Below, piece after piece: positions 63,021 through 64,000 of a DNA stretch of 64,000 nucleotides. Numbering within the stretch: position 1 is the first letter of the stretch; every line of letters begins with the position of its first letter. This DNA comes from Candidatus Falkowbacteria bacterium RIFOXYA2_FULL_47_19 (GTDB taxonomy: Bacteria > Patescibacteriota > Patescibacteriia > Patescibacteriales > UBA12075), in contig MFGB01000013.1 in assembly GCA_001780275.1 (NCBI GenBank), positions 10,693 to 74,692 of the forward strand, in the 5' to 3' direction. A program made the translations under genes and the position numbers. A model generated the notes under the pieces. It did not search any database. It was not told the DNA's origin and saw nothing but the letters and a program-made list of their open reading frames with translations.

Positions 63021-63048
63021 TTGATTTTTTGCATGGAAATGGTATAAT
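63021..63048 (+). promoter_or_regulatory. Candidate extended -10 promoter
   Basis: TTGATT, 16-nt spacer, then tgg-TATAAT. TTATCCACA (63048-63056) overlaps the -10/TSS. Confidence 0.6.
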
Positions 63049-63054
63049 TATCCA

Positions 63055-63192
63055 CAGAGAGGTATATAATAAAACATCAGGATAGATTGCTTTTTTTCGC
63101 AAAAACAATTGATCGTGGTGTTTTAACTGCACACGTGAAGTTAACACCATTAGGGAAAACAAAAATCGACCCCCAAGCAGGGTCGGTTTTTT
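63055..63192 (+). ncRNA. Candidate small RNA (class unknown)
   Basis: ~135 nt between the promoter and a terminator (tcgaccc-N7-gggtcgg + T6, 63164-63192). Two internal hairpins (attgcttttt/aaaaacaat; ggtgttttaact/agttaacacc). No + strand ORF. The next gene has its own TTGACA at 63194. Confidence 0.4.
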
Positions 63193-63265
63193 ATTGACAA
63201 AACACGCGAATAGGTTATTATATTATATTAACGGGTCTTTAATATAATTAAAAGGGCGGTGCAAT

Positions 63266-64000
63266 ATGGATTTGAAGCTCAGGTTTCTCCGGATCCATTT
63301 CGTTAAGATCGGAATTATGGCTCTGAATCTGCTTTTCGGAAACAGGCTGGCTTACTGGTTCGCGGGTTGGTTCTTTAAGAATATATTGGGAAATAGTGTG
63401 CAAAGCGTTTTTCTTCTGTATCCGGCTAACCCTAAATATGCCGCCGCTTATGTTTACGACTGGTACCGCCGGCAGATGAAATGGAAACCCCGCTTAGTCG
63501 GGATCATAGTCCAATACGGAAAATTCAAACCGTATTTCGGTATATCGGCTTCTGACGAGGATATCTGGGCTGACGCGGCAGCGGGCGGGCATAATCTGGC
63601 CGTCGTACTTGGGCGGATGGATTCTATCAGACGGCTTTTGCGCGCCGAATACGCGACTTATGCCGGCATCATTCCCGGCGTTTCCCTTAAATTGGGTCTG
63701 ATAAAAAGTTCTATCGAATGCGACACGACAGTAGCCGGAGTCATCCAAGCCATCGAAAAAGTAAAAAGATCAGAAAACCTTCCGGACGACGTAAAATTGG
63801 TGATCCTGGGAGGAAAAGGTTTTATCGGCCGCCGATTGGTTGATGAATTGCGTTCCCTGGGGAATGAAACGTATTCCGTAGACCTTAAAGACGATTGGCC
63901 GGAGGCAGTAAGCCAGCCGGTCATAGTGGTAAATGTTTCCAAAGGCGGCGCTATCGCCGATTATATACCGGCTTTACGTCCCGGCACCGTCATAATCAAC
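63266..64000 (+). CDS. NAD(P)-binding Rossmann-fold protein, partial (runs off the window; absent from the ORF track because it has no stop)
   Basis: ATG 63266, 245 codons open to the window end. ...VKLVILGGKGFIGRRLVDEL is a GxGxxG-type dinucleotide-binding motif. The overall layout loosely recalls acyl-ACP reductase/shikimate-DH-like proteins. Confidence 0.55.
   Translation, partial: MDLKLRFLRIHFVKIGIMALNLLFGNRLAYWFAGWFFKNILGNSVQSVFLLYPANPKYAAAYVYDWYRRQMKWKPRLVGIIVQYGKFKPYFGISASDEDIWADAAAGGHNLAVVLGRMDSIRRLLRAEYATYAGIIPGVSLKLGLIKSSIECDTTVAGVIQAIEKVKRSENLPDDVKLVILGGKGFIGRRLVDELRSLGNETYSVDLKDDWPEAVSQPVIVVNVSKGGAIADYIPALRPGTVIIN

Noticed and set aside
15369-63056. Perfect DnaA-box 9-mers (TTATCCACA) as evidence of a replication origin.
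   Set aside because: The boxes are tens of kb apart and do not cluster. No dnaA or dnaN and no AT-rich unwinding element with clustered boxes is present. They are kept only as a possible regulatory motif.
1-64000. Alternative genetic code (UGA recoding, as in some candidate phyla).
   Set aside because: TGA ends well-defined genes at conserved C-termini (for example pilB at 5858-5860 and the minor pilin at 9386-9388). No conserved domain is interrupted by in-frame TGA.

Overview
This 64-kb window is almost entirely + strand (only 2 of about 42 genes are on the - strand). It uses the standard genetic code: TGA, TAA and TAG all terminate well-supported genes. The gene content points to an uncultivated monoderm bacterium, probably Patescibacteria/CPR-like. 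That is an inference from the secretin-less type IV pilus locus, stand-alone receiver proteins, a 5.9-kaa surface protein, cohesin/dockerin proteins, a four-helix-bundle 'IVS' protein and a two-gene 2-oxoacid:ferredoxin oxidoreductase. No homology search was possible. Positions ~300-46750 form one long cell-surface/attachment region. In order it holds: a sensor kinase and two receivers; pilB, pilC, four pilin-like genes with a third receiver among them, a pilM fusion and a major pilin; an accessory insert (hypothetical, IMPase-like, and a visibly AT-rich degenerate Fic gene); a second major-pilin paralog; a 17.7-kb ORF for a modular giant surface protein; an FN3-repeat protein; an inverted-repeat-flanked four-helix-bundle cassette; a MacB/FtsX-type ABC pair; a stand-alone paralog of the giant protein's C-terminal module; and a dockerin protein next to two membrane-anchored cohesin proteins. 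Positions ~46900-64000 are mostly housekeeping: tyrS, argS, POR, glyQS behind a T-box leader, glycerate kinase, ndk, a ComEC-like MBL protein and a fourth receiver. Two promoter-to-terminator units there look like small RNAs. The most unusual non-genic signal is that nearly every intercistronic gap in the surface region is filled by a long low-complexity 'word-repeat' hairpin, and several of these recur as multi-copy families. All domain calls come from reading motifs by eye, so domain boundaries are approximate. No tRNA, rRNA, CRISPR array, transposase or integrase was recognised.
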